From NCBI GenBank assembly GCA_943372935.1, contig CALSAP010000015.1, forward strand, positions 1-64,000: a stretch of 64,000 bases of DNA. Direction: 5' to 3'. Under the pieces are notes generated by a model. That model saw only the letters and a list, made by a program, of their open reading frames with translations. It ran no database searches and was not told the DNA's origin. Source of the DNA: Synechococcus sp. UW140 (GTDB taxonomy: Bacteria > Cyanobacteriota > Cyanobacteriia > PCC-6307 > Cyanobiaceae). Of the stretch, positions 61,415 to 64,000 are shown piece by piece. Position 1 is the first letter of the stretch. Each line of letters begins with the position of its first letter. The position numbers and the translations under genes were made by a program.

Positions 61415-64000
61415 TCAGGCGGCCAGTTCGGGAATTGCCACCTCCTCCACGCTCGGACAGGTGCAGACAAGGTTCCGATCGCCGAAGGCGTTGTCGATGC
61501 GGGCGACCGCCGGCCAGAACTTGGCCTGCCGCTGGCTCTCCCCAGCGGGGAAGGCGGCCTCACTGCGGCTGTAGGCCCGATCCCAGTGGTCGGCGGTGAC
61601 GGCCGCCAGAGTGTGGGGGGCCTGCTTGAGCGGGTTGTCGAGGGGGTCGGCGGCGCCGGTTTCGATCGCCCAGGCTTCACGGCGGATCCCCTCCATCGCG
61701 GCGCAGAAGCGATCGATCTCCGGCAGCGATTCGCTCTCAGTGGGCTCCACCATCACCGTGCCGGCCACGGGCCAGCTGACGGTGGGGGCATGGAAGCCGT
61801 AATCCATCAGACGCTTGGCCAGATCATCCACCTCCAGGCCACAGCTGCGCTTGAGGGGCCGCAGATCGAGGATGCACTCGTGGGCCACCCGGCCGCCGCG
61901 GCCGCGGTAGAGCACAGGGAAATGGGGCTCGAGGCGCTCGGCGATCACGTTGGCCGCCAGCAGGGCCACCTGGCTGGCGGTGCGCAGGCCCGACCCCCCC
62001 ATCATGCGGATGTACATCCAGCTGATCGGCAGGATGCCGGCACTGCCCAGGGGCGCGGCCGACACCGGGCCGATCGCCTGGCTGCCGGCGGCGGCGTCCA
62101 GGGGATGGGAGGGCAGGAAGGGCACCAGGTGGGCCGCCACACCGATCGGACCCACCCCGGGGCCACCGCCGCCATGGGGGATGCAGAACGTCTTGTGGAG
62201 GTTCAGATGGCAGACGTCGGCGCCGTAGAGCCCCGGTTTGCAGAGCCCCACCTGGGCGTTGAGGTTGGCCCCATCCAGATACACCTGGCCGCCGTGGTCG
62301 TGGACGACCTGACAGATGCGGCGGATGCCCGTTTCGAACACGCCGTGGGTGGAGGGGTAGGTGACCATCACGGCCGCCAGGTTGGCGGCGTGGGCGGCGG
62401 CCTTGGCCTCCAGGTCGGCGATGTCGATGTTGCCGTGGCTGTCGCAGGCCACGGCCACCACCCGCATGCCGGCCATCACGGCGCTGGCGGGATTGGTGCC
62501 GTGGGCGCTGGTGGGGATCAGGCACACCTGTCGATGGCCCTCGCCCCGGCTGTGGTGCCAGGCCCTGATCACCATCAGGCCGGCGTACTCCCCCTGGGAG
62601 CCTGCGTTCGGCTGCAGGGACACCCCCGCGAAACCGGTGATCGCCCCCAGCCAGTCCTCAAGATCCGCCGCAAGGGCGGCGTAGCCCCCGGTCTGGTCGG
62701 CGGGCGCGAACGGATGCATCTGGGCGAAGGCCGGCCAGCTCACCGGAGCCAGTTCGGCGGCGGCGTTGAGCTTCATCGTGCAGCTGCCCAGCGGGATCAT
62801 GCCGTGGACGAGCGACAGATCCTTGCTCACCAGGCGCTGGATGTACCGCAGCAGTTCCGTCTCGCTGCGATAGCGGTGGAACACCTCCTGACGCAACCAG
62901 GGGCGCTCCCGAAGGGGAACGCCGTCGAGCAGCTCCGCCAGGGGGCTGCGCTGCAGGGTGGACAGGCCGGCCCGCATGGCGGCCTGCGCGGCGTCAGCGG
63001 CGGCCGGGTCCGGTGCCAGGGCCGTCAGCAGGGCGACCAGTTCCTCCGGCGTGGAGAGTTCATCGAGGCTGATGGCCAGGGCGGCCTCGCCGTCGTCGCC
63101 ACGGACCCCGCAGCGGAGGTTGAAGCCGGCGGCCACGGCCCGCTGGCGCAGGGCGGGGGCCGCCGCGGTCTGCACCACCACGGTGTCGAAGGCGGCGCCC
63201 GGATCGGCCGGCAGCCCCAGGGCGTCCAGGGAGAGCACCAGACCCTGGCGCAGGACGAGCAGGCGACGGGCGATGGCCTCAAGGCCATCGGGTCCGTGGT
63301 GGACCGCATAGAAGCTCGCCATCACGGCGAGCAGCACCTGGGCGGTGCAGATGTTGCTGGTGGCCTTGTCGCGCCGGATGTGCTGCTCCCGCGTCTGGAG
63401 GGCCAGCCGCAGGGCCGGATTCCCCTCCGCATCCTTCGACTGCCCCACCAGGCGGCCGGGGATCTGGCGCTTGAAGTCCTCCCGGGTGGCGAAGAAGGCG
63501 GCGTGGGGCCCCCCGAACCCCATCGGCACGCCATAGCGCTGCAGGCTGCCGACGGCGATGTCGGCACCCAGCTCACCCACCGGGGCCAGCAGCGCCTGGG
63601 CCAGGGGATCCACGGCCACCGTGCTGATCACGGCACTGGAGCGGGCCGCCGCCAGCAGCGGAGAGGGATCCCAGAGTCGGCCCTCGACCCCCGGCAGTTG
63701 CAGCAGCAGACCGAAGACGCCCTCGCCCAGCGCCCCGTCAGGGCTGTTGGCGACGGCTTCGGCATCGAACGTCTCGATGACGATCCCCAGGGGCTCGGCC
63801 CGGGTGTGGAGCACGGCGAGGGTCTGGGGCAGGACGGCCCGGTCGACCAGGAAGCGGCGGGCGCCGTGGCGCGTCGTGACCGCCGCCGCCATCGCCATCG
63901 CTTCGGCAGCCGCGGTGGCCTCATCCAGCAACGACGCATTGGCGATCGGCAGCCCCGTCAGCTCGCTGACCAGGGTCTGGAAATTGAGCAGCGCCTCCAG
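61415..64000 (-). CDS. gcvP: Glycine dehydrogenase (decarboxylating), P-protein; N-terminus lies beyond the window edge
   Basis: The ORF runs to the window boundary. Both PLP-dependent halves of the single-chain GcvP are recognisable (...[24 protein letters not shown]...), with the C-terminal stop at 61415. Confidence 0.95.
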   Translation of the reverse strand: MEALLNFQTLVSELTGLPIANASLLDEATAAAEAMAMAAAVTTRHGARRFLVDRAVLPQTLAVLHTRAEPLGIVIETFDAEAVANSPDGALGEGVFGLLLQLPGVEGRLWDPSPLLAAARSSAVISTVAVDPLAQALLAPVGELGADIAVGSLQRYGVPMGFGGPHAAFFATREDFKRQIPGRLVGQSKDAEGNPALRLALQTREQHIRRDKATSNICTAQVLLAVMASFYAVHHGPDGLEAIARRLLVLRQGLVLSLDALGLPADPGAAFDTVVVQTAAAPALRQRAVAAGFNLRCGVRGDDGEAALAISLDELSTPEELVALLTALAPDPAAADAAQAAMRAGLSTLQRSPLAELLDGVPLRERPWLRQEVFHRYRSETELLRYIQRLVSKDLSLVHGMIPLGSCTMKLNAAAELAPVSWPAFAQMHPFAPADQTGGYAALAADLEDWLGAITGFAGVSLQPNAGSQGEYAGLMVIRAWHHSRGEGHRQVCLIPTSAHGTNPASAVMAGMRVVAVACDSHGNIDIADLEAKAAAHAANLAAVMVTYPSTHGVFETGIRRICQVVHDHGGQVYLDGANLNAQVGLCKPGLYGADVCHLNLHKTFCIPHGGGGPGVGPIGVAAHLVPFLPSHPLDAAAGSQAIGPVSAAPLGSAGILPISWMYIRMMGGSGLRTASQVALLAANVIAERLEPHFPVLYRGRGGRVAHECILDLRPLKRSCGLEVDDLAKRLMDYGFHAPTVSWPVAGTVMVEPTESESLPEIDRFCAAMEGIRREAWAIETGAADPLDNPLKQAPHTLAAVTADHWDRAYSRSEAAFPAGESQRQAKFWPAVARIDNAFGDRNLVCTCPSVEEVAIPELAA

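Noticed and set aside
1-64000. tRNA, rRNA or CRISPR elements
   Set aside because: A scan for T-loop-like GTTCRANTC motifs in intergenic regions and for regularly spaced direct repeats found nothing. The only strong periodic repeat is the coding PT array.

Overview
This window is high-GC (about 65-70%) cyanobacterial chromosome, most likely from a Synechococcus/Cyanobium-type picocyanobacterium, with several lower-GC patches. Housekeeping genes form a backbone: speA (arginine decarboxylase), alaS, a glutaminase fused to STAS and cNMP-binding domains, gcvP (5' end partial), two tandem flavodiiron proteins, Hsp20, an acyl-lipid desaturase, an SNF2/SWIM/MEKHLA trio, a GAF-HD-GYP protein and a flotillin/NfeD operon. 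Interleaved with these is a large accessory system built from a repeated module. There are three two-partner-secretion pairs, each consisting of a giant TpsA exoprotein (N-terminal TPS/hemagglutination-activity domain, C-terminal CHAT caspase-like protease domain) and a ShlB/FhaC-type TpsB transporter. Each pair comes with a small secreted protein of a shared paralog family (DUF928-like, carrying a GRRVGGGTRGEC motif). Two of the three modules are also wired to a CHASE2-sensor class III nucleotidyl cyclase; at locus 1 this is translationally coupled to tpsB, at locus 2 it overlaps the DUF928-like gene tail-to-tail. The neighbourhood is saturated with cyclic-nucleotide parts: three CHASE2 cyclases; a frameshifted Crp-family regulator; a perfect TGTGA-N6-TCACA box in front of tpsA-1; an MscS channel with a cNMP-binding domain, translationally coupled to a cyclase; the cNMP-binding glutaminase; and also PilZ and HD-GYP proteins. 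The borders of the TPS-CHAT blocks carry relics of the flanking housekeeping genes (a duplicated 5' end of speA and an internal alaS fragment), pointing to segmental insertion or duplication. Mobile DNA includes an IS3 end that truncates a second flotillin paralog, and an ISAs1-family element with an 11-bp target duplication and a frameshifted transposase, inserted into a beta/gamma-crystallin-repeat protein gene inside a low-GC islet; an IS5-family relic lies next to that islet. No tRNA, rRNA or CRISPR arrays were seen. Many long antisense ORFs in the supplied track are high-GC artefacts.
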